Assembly: GCA_951406725.2 (NCBI GenBank) | Contig: OX597833.1 | Location: forward strand, 53,196,001 to 53,260,000 | Reading direction: 5' to 3' | Length of the DNA: 64,000 nucleotides | From: Octopus vulgaris | Lineage: Eukaryota | Shown here: piece by piece, positions 27,048 to 40,676 of the stretch | Layout: each line of letters opens with the position of its first letter | Position numbering within the stretch: position 1 is the stretch's first letter | Program-made: the position numbers and the translations under genes | Notes under the pieces: model-generated | What the model saw: the letters and a program-made list of their open reading frames with translations, nothing else | What the model was told of the DNA's origin: nothing | The model's database searches: none

Positions 27048-27214
27048 TCGAACTCACTACCTCATGATTGTAAGCCCGACGTTCTAACCACTGAGACATG
27101 CGCCTCAACTACATTATGTAAAATTATACACGGTGCAGCGGCCCAGCCCAGTTGTGTTGTACAGGTTGCAGTGAAGCAACTTGCTTATATTGCATAAGGT
27201 ACACTAACGAAATT

Positions 27215-27435
27215 TAATGTCTTTTATCGGGGGGTTGCGAGACGTGGAAGAGCAGCGTGAAAATCGAAAGAAAACTAGATGTACTCTACTGATGATGCCT
27301 GAGAAAGGATTCTCAAAAAATACTGGTACGAACACATAATCAATTAAGATATCTTGAAGAGAACCAACACAAGGCCATTGAGCGAAATCATAATGAAACA
27401 GAAATTCAAACTTATAGGTCAGTAACTACAAGAAC
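27215..27435 (+). mobile_element. Decayed RTE-clade LINE fragment
   Basis: GCETWKSSVKIERKLDV...RILKKYWYEHIIN*DILKRTNTRPLSEIIMKQKFKLIG (with frameshifts). Confidence 0.75.
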
Positions 27436-28135
27436 AACACTATTCTAACACAGATCTTAAATAAGTTTCTTTATTAGCCACACGGGGCCGAACACAGGAG
27501 ACAAAATACAATGTAGAGCTTTTCTTTTCGAAAAAGGAAAAGGAGAAAAATAAAATTCCGAACAAAAGGGATCGTGTTAAAGAAAAAAAAAAAAAAGGAT
27601 CAAAAGGGATCGTGTATCACAGAAAATATCATAAATGCAAAAAAAAAAATAGGTTTATCCGTGGAAAGAAAAGCTTACGGAAAAGACCACGGTAACCTCA
27701 GGCACGGAGGGAAAAAACATATGAGAGCAAAGTGCTTTGTCTCTTTTCGATTTACAGTTTCATGCTCAAAGTTGTTTCATCATTCGCGCGTACCATCTTT
27801 AATATATTCACCCACCTTTTCTTGAATCTTTCACGAGACAAAACTTGCCTCTCTATTCTCACCTTCCTTTTCAAGTGGTACTTGAAAAAGTTGATGAGCA
27901 ATTGATGAGAGAGGAAAGTGTTTGTCTCTAAACCTTTCGCTCGAGTCTACCACACACATTCTTTCACCATGGCCTGGAGGGTACTAACTGTGTGTATGTG
28001 CATATGTGTGTGTATGTATGTATGTATGTATGTATGTATGTATGTATGTATGTATGTATGCATGAATGTATCCATGTATGTATGTATGTATGTATGTATA
28101 CTTACACATAGACACAAACATATACGTAGATAGAC

Positions 28136-28207
<72 letters not shown>

Positions 28208-28211
28208 GATT

Positions 28212-28243
<32 letters not shown>

Positions 28244-28388
28244 GGAAAACAATAAATGTATGATCACATGATTTTTGCTCATACAGACATATAAATTCAG
28301 ATTTACTTAGCACATACATATACACGCTAAATCAAGTACATATATACACACGTGCATATTCATATATGTGTATGTGTGCATACACCTT

Positions 28389-28434
<46 letters not shown>

Positions 28435-28545
28435 ATGTATGTATATACAGATACACATACACACATAGAAATACATATATACATAAATAAGCATACATAT
28501 ATATATATGTGTGTGGTTGCATATTTATCTATATGTATGCAATAT

Positions 28546-28594
<49 letters not shown>

Positions 28595-29004
28595 GTGCGT
28601 ATACGCGAAGATAAACACACTTATTTGCGAATGAATTCACTGGTTACATTTGTAATACTATATAGTACCGTCAACCAGTTATATCCACTGACTCACATAT
28701 TACCATCAACAATGTCAACAAGTTTGGTATCCCAACAATCTGTAAACACTTGCCAATCTCATTAACCCATATCTTGTCAAATACTAGACTCTCTATAATT
28801 GAACATTTTAATTCATTCACCCCCAGAGCTTCATGCGTCTATACACACACACGCGCGCATACACAGACGCACACACATGCACATACGCACACACATGCAC
28901 ATACGCACATACAAACATATACACATACACACACATACACATATATATTAACATACATACATATACACACATACATACACACATGACGTGTGTGTGTGTA
29001 TATA

Positions 29005-29092
<88 letters not shown>

Positions 29093-29351
29093 AATATATA
29101 TATGTTTATATATATGTGTGTGTGTGTGTGTGTGTATTGACAGATAAATTTATAAGTAAGCATATTTACAAATTGATATCCATACATGTGTATGTATGTA
29201 TGTATATGTATGTATATGTATGTATATGTATGTGTATGTATGTATATGTATGCATGTATGTATATATATATATATATGTATGCATGTATATATGAAAACA
29301 TTTCATATTTTCTTATATATGTGTGTTTGTATAAGTTTTACATATACGTAC

Positions 29352-29408
<57 letters not shown>

Positions 29409-29654
29409 CACAAGCATACACACAAAACAAATAATATCCTTGCCAACAATCTTCGCACGAAATAACACAATTTCCATTAATTTGTAACAAATTTCTTGGA
29501 ATTGTTTTATACCATTTATATTATTAATGTATATTATTCATATATTAATTATATTTATATTATATTATCTTTACATCTATTATTTATTATTATTGTTTAT
29601 GTATTTATAGATATTTATATTATTATTGATATATCTATGTTACACATGCGCCTA

Positions 29655-30960
29655 TCTGCCGGAATCGTTAGCGCGCCGGTTAAAATGCTTAGTGGCATTT
29701 TGTCCGTCACTCCGTTCTGGGTTCAATTACCTATTTCTTTATTACCCACAAGGGGCTAAACATAGAGGGGACAAACAAGGACAGACATAGGTAATTAAGT
29801 CAATTACATCGACCCCAGTGCGTAACTGGTACTTAATTTACCGATCCCGAAAGGATGAAAAGCAAAGTCGACCTCGGCGGAATTTGAACTCAGAACGTAA
29901 CGACAGACGAAATACGGCTGCGCATTTCGCCCAGCGTGCTAACGATTCTGCCAGCTCGCTCCGAGGTCGACTTTGCTTTTCGTCCTTTTGGGTTTTGGGG
30001 TCGATAAAAATAAGTACCAGTTGAAAACTGGGGTCAATGTCATCGACTCATCCTCTCCCACAAAATTATTGCCCTCGTGGCAAAATTTGAAGCCATTGTT
30101 TATTATTATTTATACATTTATAGATGTTTATATTATTACTTTCTGCTTTAAGCGCAAGCTCGAAATTTTGGGGGAAGCGGGCCAGTCGATTAGATGGATC
30201 CCAGTATGCAACTGGCACTTAATCTATCGATCCCGAAAGGATGAAAGACAAAGTTGACCTCAGAGGAATTTGAACTCAGAACGTAGCGACAGGCGAAATA
30301 CCTCTAAGCATTTCGTCCACTGTGCTAACGATTCTCATTTCTTTACTGCCCACAAGGGGCTAAACATAGAGGGGACAAACAAGGACAGACAAACGGATTA
30401 AGTTGATTACATCGATCCCAGTGCGTAACTGGTACTTATTTAATCGACCCCGAATGGATGAAAGGCTAAGTCGACCTCGGCGGAATTTGAACTCAGAACG
30501 TAGCGGCAGACGAAATACCTATTTCTTTACTACCCACAAGGGGCTAAGCACAGAGAGAACAAACAAGGACAGACAAACGGATTAAGTCGATTATATCGAC
30601 ACCAGTGCGTAACTGGTACTTAATTTATCGACCACGGCGGAATTTGAACTCAGAACGTAGCGGCAGACGAAATACCGCTAAGAATTTCGCCCGGCGTCTT
30701 AACATTTCTGCCAGCTCGCCGCCTTAGATATTTCTATTATTATTTACATGCTCATTTTAGAGATGCAGCAAGCTGTCGGAATCGTTAGCGCGCCGAGCAC
30801 AATGGTTAACGGTATTTCGCCCATCTGCACGTTCTGAGATCAAATAGCAACGAGGTCCACTTTACCTTTAATTTTTTTTTTTTTTTTCGAGGCCGAGGGT
30901 TCATATGATCGATTTACCACCTCCTTGAAATTGCTGGCCTTGTGTCAAAACTTTAAACCG
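29655..30960. mobile_element. Cluster of nested SINE family B copies in both orientations, including a head + two-body concatemer (30335-30725, minus)
   Basis: Repeated GAAAGGATGAAAGGCAAAGTCGACCTCGGCGGAATTTGAACTCAGAACG blocks. Confidence 0.9.
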
Positions 30961-31361
30961 TTGTTCACATATTTATAGGATGTTAAATAAAAACAACACC
31001 GGTCGTCAAACAATGGTGTGTTGGACTAGCACAATCACACACATGCACACGTGTATTCACACATACATTCATATGTGTGTATGTGTGTGAAAGTGTATTT
31101 GCGATGGGCTTCCATACAGTTTCCATCAGCCGAATTAGCTCCCAACCTAAGATATTGGTCGACCTGAGGCTATAATAGAAGACACTTGCACAAAGTGCCG
31201 TGTAGTGGGACTGAACCTATATAGGGCTCTTCAAACCACTTTTCTTAATTCTATATCTGTTACCAGCAGATGTAACTCGCGCTAAATGTGTTGAGTGCCT
31301 TTGTCTTTCATTTGTCCTCACAGATAGATGAGATAGACAGATAGGTATGTAGGTAGGTAAG

Positions 31362-31443
<82 letters not shown>

Positions 31444-31533
31444 CGTATTTATGTATATATATATATATGTGTGTGTGTATGTGTGTGTGTGAGTGTGTCT
31501 ATGTGTATACGCATACATACATATACAGATGCG

Positions 31534-31576
<43 letters not shown>

Positions 31577-32081
31577 TCACTCACTCACTCAAGGGAGTAT
31601 TCGAACTCATTGTTACAAGACTTACAAAACACTTGTCACTTAAAAAATAAGAAATTAGAAGCAATGTTATTTCAGATGTGAGAATGAATGGTGTCACACA
31701 CACACACACACACACGAACAAGGGAATCAGCATAAGGAAAGAAAGACAGTTCCCATTACTTTTGGTAAAAAAAAAAAAAATCTGCGAGACTGGCAGGGCT
31801 GGATGGATACAGTGAAAGAAACTGCTTTTTGGACGCTGCTGTCGAAGGGAACACGGTTGCACACGATGATTATTGAGCTATCTTCAGGCCCGAGACACAA
31901 TCTAAATATTGACAGTAGGATAGCTGTCCAATAGAGGCACAAGCAGAAAGGAAGTCTCTGCGTAGTCTGTCGATCTGCTAGAAACAGAAGCTAACTCTCC
32001 CTCAAGACATACCCTAATTTCGAAGAAGAAAAGCGTGTGTGTCAAGTGATAGTGATAGTGATGGTAATTGTGTCAAAAGAT

Positions 32082-32488
32082 AAGGCGGCGAGCTGGCAGA
32101 ATCGTTAGCATGCCGGGCGAAATTTTTAGAAGTATTTCGTCTGCCGCTACGTTCTGAGTTCAAATTCCGCCGAGGTCGACTCTGCCTTTCATCCTTTCGG
32201 GGTCGATAAATTAAGTACCAGTTACGCACTGGGGTCGATGTAATCGACTTAATCCGTTTGTCTGTCCTTGTTTCTCCTCTCTGTGTTTAGCTCCTTGTGG
32301 GTAGTAAAGAAATAGGTATTTTATCTGACGTTACGTTCTGAGTTCAAATTCCGCCGAGGTCGAATTTGCCTTTCATCCTTTCGGGGTCGATTAAATATGT
32401 ACCTGGGGTTGATATAATCGACTTAATCCGTTTGTCTGTCCTTGTTTGTCCTCTCTATGTTTAGCCCCTTGTGGGTAGTAAAGAAATA
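32082..32488 (+). mobile_element. SINE family B, head + two tandem bodies, with a 19-bp target-site duplication
   Basis: GGTAATTGTGTC(A/C)AAAGAT at 32063-32081 and 32489-32507. Confidence 0.9.
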
Positions 32489-32509
32489 GGTAATTGTGTC
32501 CAAAGATCA

Positions 32510-32930
32510 TGAGGGAGAAAGAAACTGCCTACAGGCGGAGTTGAGGCTGCGACTGGCCAGTACCATCCTCTTGATACCTCTGTTTCTGTCACTTTTCCAT
32601 CGCTGCAGGGCTTCTTTTTCTATCCCGCCAACACGTAGTGGTTTTAAGGTGAGAGCCAGTTCGCACAATCCGATTCCAATCTGTAAATTTTGAGGTCTAA
32701 CGACTGCAGTTTAAGGTAGTTCCGGTGGCTAGCAAGCTGCACGTTTTTCATTGGAGTTTCTGCCTTCTCAAAGATGAATCACTTAACAGAGCTGGAGGGC
32801 CCCACCAACCCTGAAGTTGCCGGAAGGGTGCCACAGAGGGTACCAGACCACCCGAGAAACTCCATTCCTTGATTTGCTGTCAAGTTACTCACACGGCAGT
32901 AAGGTTTTGGACTTAGCTAGGAGCTAAACC
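32510..32930 (-). mobile_element. Possible RTE LINE 5' UTR remnant
   Basis: Reverse complement contains GAGAAGGCAGAAACTCCAATGAAAAAC, resembling the GGAGAAGGAAAACTC...AAAC motif I recall from RTE 5' UTRs; no coding evidence. Confidence 0.35.
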
Positions 32931-33399
32931 AGAAAAATATGAAAATTAGTACATCAGAATTTCAGCTTCTTCATTACAAACGAATTCACCCAAATCGCAA
33001 TATTTGAGACAAGGTAACATAATGATTCAGAGCACTAATGACATACAGGACTTAGGTGTGATCATGTCAAATGATGCATTTTCCATCAACCATATTATCA
33101 AACTAACCTTTAAATGCAGCAAACTCATAGGCTGCATCCTACGAACATCCATGACAAGGGAACTGGTAGTTAGTTTTTTTTTTTAGGGAAAACCCTAGTT
33201 CTGAGCAGTTTATATTACTGCTTACAATTTTAATCTTCTAACTCATCCGGTCTCATAGAAGAAATTGAAGGGTTACAAAGAACGTTCACTGGTAAAATAC
33301 CTTCGGTTAAAAGTCTTATTTACCGAGAATGTCTGAAAGCGCTGAGTCTCTTGATGCCGAAGAGAGATATATACTATCACATTCGTATGGAAAATTGTT

Positions 33400-33644
33400 G
33401 GGGGACATATGGCGTAGTGGTTAAGAGCGTGGGCTACTAACCCCAAGATTCCGAGTTCGATTCCAAGCAGTGACCTTAACAACAACAACATCGAAAAATA
33501 TCTTAGGAATGAGAACCCAAGACACCTGAAGAAGGCTGGAGGGTATATCAGCCGAAACATTGTGCTAACAACAAACAAGATGAGGACAAATATCCATCGA
33601 ATGTAAATAGTGTATATAATTCCTCATCTCTTAAATATAGAACT
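33400..33644 (+). mobile_element. tRNA-headed SINE (family E) containing a hammerhead motif
   Basis: A box TGGCGTAGTGG (33410-33420), B box GAGTTCGATTCC (33453-33464); discrete insertion splitting the CR1 reading frame. Confidence 0.8.
33523..33564 (+). ncRNA. Minimal type I hammerhead motif inside the SINE
   Basis: CAC-CTGAAGA-A-GGCTG(gagggtatat)CAGCC-GAAAC-ATT-GTG. Confidence 0.6.
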
Positions 33645-34204
33645 GTGGAGGGACATGTTCCAAACTTCGGCACTGGAGAGAGTTTTAATGCACGAACATT
33701 TATATACTCTAAGCTTGCAAGTATACTACGTTCGAAATCATGGGCTAAAATACTCTATCGTAACAATCTGACATTTAGAGTTCCCTCAACTGTTCAACTA
33801 CCTATTTAAATTAAAAGAAATATAAAAGAGTCTTCTACTGAAACATTAAAAAACCCCTCCAAAAACACATTCGATGAACTCTTAACGATACCTATTTCTT
33901 TACTACCCAGAAGGGGATAAACACAGAGAGGACAAACAAGGACAGACAAACGGATTTAGTCGATTACATCGACCCCAGTGCGTAACAGGTACTTAATTTA
34001 TCGACCCCGAAAGGATGAAAGGCAAAGTCGACCTCGGCGGAATTTGAACTCGTACGAGTCAACCATTCAAGGATGATGCATTCAGAGGATAACAGCTGCT
34101 AGAAAACTCAATCATAGACCACGTTCCAGTCAAGTGGGTTGCATTGGGCCAAGGCCAAGAGCCTCACCTACTAAAAAAGCATAGTGATAAAAACATTATT
34201 TCAA

Positions 34205-34333
34205 AACCAACAAGACCTGGAAGATGAAGGCTCTCCCTGGGGGGTGAGTAGGCCACAAGAAGCCCAGAGTTAAGAACTGTTGAGAAAGGTCTTCGATGGC
34301 CTGTGCTCCACTGGCATCGAAGGGGTTAAGTAG
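34205..34333 (+). mobile_element. RTE-type LINE extreme 3' tail
   Basis: GATGGCCTGTGCTCCACTGGC...TTAAGTAGT resembles RTE 3' ends (GLCS motif followed by a short repeat tail). Confidence 0.5.
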
Positions 34334-34650
34334 TGATTTCGTTACTATTTCTTGCAGATCAACCGACCACTAGAAACTCTTCTGTTGTCTATGTTTTTGT
34401 TTGTTTGTACGTGGGTGGGTGTGTATGTGCGTGTGTATGAGAGAGTGTATGTGCGTATATTTGCGAGTGAGTTTGCATATTTGTGTATGTGTGTGGATGT
34501 GTGTATGTGTCGATGTGTGTAGATGTATCTATGGATGTGTGTGTGTGGATGTGTGCATGTGGATGTGTGTGTATTGTGTATGGCTGTGTGAATATGTGTG
34601 TGGATGTGTGTGTGTGGATGTGTGTGGACGTGTGTGTGGATGTGTGTGTG

Positions 34651-34684
<34 letters not shown>

Positions 34685-35847
34685 GATGTGTGTGTGGATG
34701 TGTGTGGGTGTGTGTGCAGGTGTGTATGTGTGGATGTGTGTGTGTGTGGATGTGTCTATGGATGTGTATGTGTGCATGTGGATGTGTGTGTATTGTGTAT
34801 GGCTGTGTGAATGTGTGTGGATGTGTGTGGATTGTGTGTGGATGTGTGTGTGTGGATGTGTGTGTGGATGTGTGTGTGTGGATGTGTGTGTGGATGTGTG
34901 TGTGGAAGTGTGTGTGGATGTGTGTGCGTGCGGATGTGTTGATATGTGTGGATGTGTGTGTAGATGTGTGTGCGTGGATGCGTGTAGATGTGTGTGTGTC
35001 TATGTAGGTGTATCCATGTGTGTGCCTACGTTTTTGCGTATTTGCATGTGCGTGTGTCTGTGTGCAAGTCTGTATGCACGCACAACTCTTTCCGCCCAAC
35101 TGCATGTTGCACAGTATACACACAAGCGCACATACACACACACGCACACACACAAACACACGTACACACACACACACACACACACAAGCACACACACAAG
35201 CACACACAAACACACACAAGCACATATACATATATACGCCCCACATACACGCCACGGAAAAAGTACATATATGCGCACACATACATACAAAAATACAAAC
35301 ACACACACACTCACACACACACACACAGAATATCTTACGACAGAAAAGAAACCCAAGAGAGAACTAACACAAAAAAACAGAAATAAAATATATTAATGAA
35401 TGAATGAAATCGTTTCGAACAGGGAGGGGCTAGAAGATGAATGAAGAGAGACGGATTGGTTGATTACTAGAAATGGGCGGGGTCAGAAAGAGGGGGAGGA
35501 TGATAAGTGGAGGAGGGGTATAAAGGAGAAGGAGACCTGTAGTAGGTGGGGGAAGAAGTAGAAGTGAAAAGACGGTGGGGGGTGAATATGAAGAAGGAGG
35601 AGGAGGTACAGAGGTGGAGCAGAAGTTATCTGTTTTGCATGAAAGTTAACAGGCTATTTTTGAATGGTGGAGGACCCTCCACGGAGATGAAAAGGAATGG
35701 TGGGCACTACGTGAGGGAATTCGCGGCCTTAAGTTGAGGGCATGAAGGTAACGAGAAAGAGACAGACAGACAGACAGACAGATCGACAAACAGACAGATA
35801 GATAGATTCATACATACACACACATGCATGCATGTATATATATATAT

Positions 35848-35998
35848 ACAGGCGCAGGAGTGGCTGTGTGGTAAGTAGCTTGCTAACCAACCAAATGGTT
35901 CCGGGTTCAGTCCCACTGCGTGGCATCTTGGGCAAGTGTCTTCTGCTATAGCCTTGTGAGTGGATTTGGTAGACGGAAACTGAAAGAAGCCTGTCGTA

Positions 35999-36067
<69 letters not shown>

Positions 36068-36290
36068 GTATGTTTGTATGTCTGTGTTTGTCCCTCTAGC
36101 ATTGCTTGACAACCGATGCTGGTGTGTTTAGGTCCCCGTCACTTAGCGGTTCGGCAAAAGAGACCGTACTGGGCTTACAAAGAATAAGTCCCGGGGTCGA
36201 TTTGCTCGACTAAAGGGCGGTGCTCCTCCAGCATGGCCGCAGTCAAAATGACTGAAACGAGTAAAAGAGTAAAAGAGAGAGTAAAGAGAG
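35848..36290 (+). mobile_element. SINE family A (a second 3' half lies at 36632-36780)
   Basis: Collinear with 4152-4590. Confidence 0.9.
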
Positions 36291-36295
36291 TATAC

Positions 36296-36334
<39 letters not shown>

Positions 36335-37924
36335 GTTGGAGAGACGTGAATAATTGGAAGAGAAAGACAGATGTTTGCGAGAGAGAGAGAGAGAGGGGGG
36401 AGGAGAGATGTTGTGAGTGAATGAGTGACTGAGTGAATGAATGAATGAGTGAGCGAGCGAGTGAATGAGTAATTGAAGGAATGAATGAGTGCGGGCGAGA
36501 GAGAGGGGGCAGTCACAAGTAAAGGATAAACTGTGTGGCGGTTTCAATTTCATAAGAAGGGAGCAGGTGAAAGGTTGTGATTTGAGGTGGTTAGTATAAA
36601 AGAAGGTGAAAAAGAAAGGAAACTCAGATATACTTAGCGGTTCGGCAAAAGAGACCGATGAATAAGTACTGGGTTTACAAAGAATAAGTCCCGGGGTCGA
36701 TTTGCTCGACTAAAGGTGGTGCTCCAGCATGGCCGCAGTCAAATGACTGAAACAAGTAAAAGGGTAAAGGGTAAGGGTATACGACGATAGAAAAAGAGGG
36801 GAACAAGAGGCTGCCCATAGGAGTAAATAAGAAAGAGCGCGAAGTTGACGCTATTGTCCCTTGTTTAGCCCAAGGTTAACTGATCCAGCAGACCTATGAC
36901 GATCAAAGTATTCCTGCAATGAATGACAACGCTTGGCGATCACCTTTTCTTCGAGCTTGACGATCACCCCTTTCTTGCTTTTAAGATAGCATGTCGTATG
37001 GGGACAAAGATTTGGCTGCTATGTCTAACATGTCGGGCGACCATATGATGGCCACTTCGTTCGTGTCGTTGTTCTTGTTGTTCTTGTTTTTATGTTGTCC
37101 TGGACATCAGCCTTGATCCAACGGTAGATTGACATAGGTAGTCAATCCATCAGCGAGGATCGAACTTCAGGATCTACTTTCCCTGTTATATCATGTTTAG
37201 ACAACAATCTTGCTCACGACGACAATCAGTGACGAATCGTTTGAGGTGCAGTATAACTGTCTGGATATCTTCTACTCTCTCTCTCTCTCTCCTTCTCTCT
37301 CTCTCTCTCTCTCCCAGCTTCTGTATCATGAATGGTTACGTGAACCACTCCTAACGAAAGCCAGAGCTTCCTACGACTACTACATAAAAAGTATTAAGGA
37401 AAATATGTTATTTAGAAATGCTTTTATTTTAGTTGTTTACACTATTTTTACGCTTGTTTATACTATTATACTTCAAAGTTCACAAATTTCCTTATTTAAA
37501 TTATGAATCATGTTCCTTTCGATAATATCAAAATGATTACAAAACATCTTTGTAGACGATATTTTCTGTTTGGTCGACACTAATTTTCAAATTACTGGAG
37601 TCCGTTGTTCTACTCATAGCGACGTATAACCGACCGTGTGTAAACATCGGAGTAGGTCAAAATACACCTACACGATCTGCCTTGTTTGCTGTGAATGCAC
37701 GAGCGGAATGTTTAGAGTTGCAAAAAAATCAAACTAAGACTAACCTTTCACTGTTCAATGTTCTGGTACCATGGGTTATTTTGATTGACAACACTGAGAT
37801 GTAAACAACAGCCGCTTCGATTAGCCATTTCGAATCCTGCTCGAGACTGACACACTTCAATAATCACTAAATAATCACACACTGTATATACTGACACACA
37901 CTTTTCCCATTTTATTTTCGTATT

Positions 37925-38216
37925 AACCGTGCTCGCGAACCCCTTCGTATCTACGATGGGGCCACGAACTATACGATGAAAATCCAGCGTTACTCGTGGT
38001 CGCTGAGTTTTTGATAAAAATGCGAAGGTTGTTTATCGATTCAAAAATTGATATCCACAAAATAATCGTACTTTCTGATCTTTTAATGCTGAACACCTTA
38101 CTGACGACCGTCTTTGTAATTCCGAAAAATATCGTACCCATTGGTCAAGCCGTCTGGCTGTGAAGAGGGAACAAAGAGACGGACAGACGGACAGAGAGAT
38201 GACCATTATAGTAAGA
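37925..38216 (-). mobile_element. Non-autonomous Helitron-like element, copy 1
   Basis: Reverse complement starts TCTTACTATAAT followed by a (CTGT/CCGT)n tract, as in microsatellite-bearing non-autonomous Helitrons; homologous to 38225-39094; 3' CTRR not clear. Confidence 0.6.
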
Positions 38217-38224
38217 AAGCAGAT

Positions 38225-39094
38225 CTGCCCATCTACGATGGGAAATAAAAGTGTAGTATTGCAGACCTAAACCCTCTAAATTCACAAACTACACGGGGAC
38301 GGGTGGAAATCCAGAGTTAATCCTCGTCGCCGGAGCTTTAACAAAAACTCAAAGGTGATTTATTAATACAAAACTCAATATCCACTAAATAATCATACTT
38401 TTTCATATTTTTCTCGCTAAAAACCTTCCTGATTACATCCTTCGTAATCTCGAAAAACATCGTGACCTTTGGTCCAGCCGTTTTGACCGCGAAGAGGGAA
38501 CAGAGAGACAGACAGACAGACAAACAGGTGGAGGCGCGTGGCTTAGTGGTTCGGGTGGCAGCATCATGATCGTAAGGTTGTGGTTTCGATTCCTGGACCG
38601 GGCGACGCGTTGTGTTCTTGAGCAAAACACTTCATTTCACGTTGCTCCAGTCCACTCAGCTGGCAAAAATGAGTAACACTGCGATTGACTGGCGTCCCGT
38701 CCAGCTGGGGAAAACACACGCCATAGAAACCGGGAAACCGGGCCCATGAGCCTGGCTAGGCTTTAAAAAGGGCATAAAGGCAGCGAGCTGGCAGAAACGT
38801 TATCACACCGGGCGAAATACTTAGCGGTATTTCGTCTGTCTTCACGTTCTGAGTTCAAATTCCGCCTAGGTCGACTTTGCCTTTCGTCCTTTCGGGGTCG
38901 ATAAATTAAGTACCAGTTACGTACTGGGGTCGATGTAATCGACTTAATCCCTTTGTCTCTCCTTGTTTGTCACCTCTATGTTTAGCTCCTTGTGAGCAAT
39001 ACAGATATAAAACAGACAAACAGACGGACAGACAAACAGACGGACAGACAAACAGACGGACAGACAGACAGACATAACGCCCATTATAGTAAGA
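38225..39094 (-). mobile_element. Non-autonomous Helitron-like element, copy 2, with SINE C (38527-38775, +) and SINE B (38777-39008, +) inserted in its (GACA)n tract
   Basis: Same CCATTATAGTAAGA terminus and collinear interior with copy 1; both SINEs have A/B boxes. Confidence 0.65.
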
Positions 39095-39325
39095 TTACAA
39101 CCATTTCTATATGTTTGTGGTTTGATTTGTTTTGTTTTTTTTCTTTTATGTTCGTTTGGGCTTAATGGGGGAGAAAATGGTTTTTAAGATGCTGTTGTGG
39201 TAATGTTTTGGGGGGCGTTGTCTATGTATGTACCAGGATGTCTGCGAGTGATTTTTTTCATGCCACGACAGAGACGATAGTTTGATAAAACTTGCTGCGG
39301 CAACAAAGTGTGCCTCTCTTTTATT

Positions 39326-39368
<43 letters not shown>

Positions 39369-39799
39369 TTTTCCTAATCTCCTTTTTTTAGTTGTTTGAA
39401 GTTGCATTTTATTTTACTTCTGTGCGATCTTGAGATACCGTGCTTGAAGTCGTCTTTGATTTCATGAGATTGTCTATTTCTGGTGCATAAAAATTTACGC
39501 TGAATTTTTTTTCTTTTTTTCTGTTTTTTTGTTTTTTTTTTTTTTCAAAATTGCTTTTCTGGAATACGTTTTTGATTGCGTCTGTAATTACTTTGTTGTA
39601 TAATGTCCACCTTGATTGCGATGCTATTTCTTGGAGAAATTCGTTCCTGTGGGCTTTTTTTTTTGTTTGTTTGTTAAGAAGCGGTGGTGCCCCAGCATGG
39701 CCGCGGCCTTCGGGCTAAAACATTTTTAAGGATTTAAGGAAATCTCTAAAACTACTTTTGTCTTCTTCATTGCTGTATAAAATGCGTTGTAATAATCTT

Positions 39800-40390
39800 T
39801 ATTTCTTTATTGCCCACAAGGGGCTAAGCATAGAGGAGACAAACAAGGACAGTCAAAGGGATTAAGTCGATTACATCGACCCCTGTGTGTAACTGGTACT
39901 TATTTAATCGACCCCGAAAGGATGAAAGGCAAAGTCGACCTCGGCGGAATTTGAACTCAGAACGTAACGGCAGACGAAATACCTATTTCTTTATTACCCA
40001 CAAGGGGATAAACACAGAGGGGACAATCAAGGACAGACAAAGGGATTAAGTCGATTACATCGACCCCAGTGTGTAACTGGTACTTAATATATCGACACCG
40101 AAAGGATGAAAGGCAAAGTCGACCTCGGCGGAATTTGAACTCAGAAAGTAGCGGCAAACCAAATACTTATTTCTTTACTACCAACAAGGGGCTAAACACA
40201 GAGAAGACAAACAAGGACAGATAAAGGGATTAAGTCGATTACATCGATCCCAGTGTGTAACTGGTACTTATTTAATCGTCCCCGAAAGGATGAAAGGCAA
40301 AGTCGACCTCGGCGGAATTTGAACTCTGAACGTAGCGGCAGACGAAATACTGCTAAGCATTTCGCCCGGCGTGCTAGCGATTCTGCCAGC
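39800..40390 (-). mobile_element. SINE family B concatemer: one head + three tandem bodies of about 183 bp
   Basis: Units at about 39800-39982, 39983-40166 and 40167-40350; head at 40351-40390. Confidence 0.9.
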
Positions 40391-40676
40391 CTGGTCGGTG
40401 GTCCGAGTAAAGTTAGTGATTGTCTCCCGAGCAGCTGCGGTTCGCAGCTATAGGAAAGGGAAAACAGAGATATCTGTTATTTCAGGAAAGCTTGGTGAGA
40501 TATATGTATGTTTGTTGCAATGAATTTTCTAGGATGTAAAGGGCGTTTGCTTGTTATGTTATAATGTTATCTCTTTGTTATCTGCACTGTTTGAACACCA
40601 GAAGCTACTGAGTGTATTAAAGTCACCTCGTATGATGACGGTTATGAGAACGTTAATGTATTATAGTTAGAATATG

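Larger units (their letters stand above)
32935..34125 (+). mobile_element. Decayed CR1-group LINE ORF2 3' part, interrupted by two SINEs
   Basis: IQDLGVIMSNDAFSINHIIKLTFKCSKLIGCILRT ... EEIEGLQRTFTGKI ... WKIV|EGHVPNFG (split by the insertion at 33400-33644); SINE B at 33890-34051 (minus). Confidence 0.8.

Noticed and set aside
33400-33475. tRNA gene (ACT at the anticodon position)
   Set aside because: Acceptor stem does not pair, no oligo-T terminator, and it continues into a SINE body inserted in a LINE
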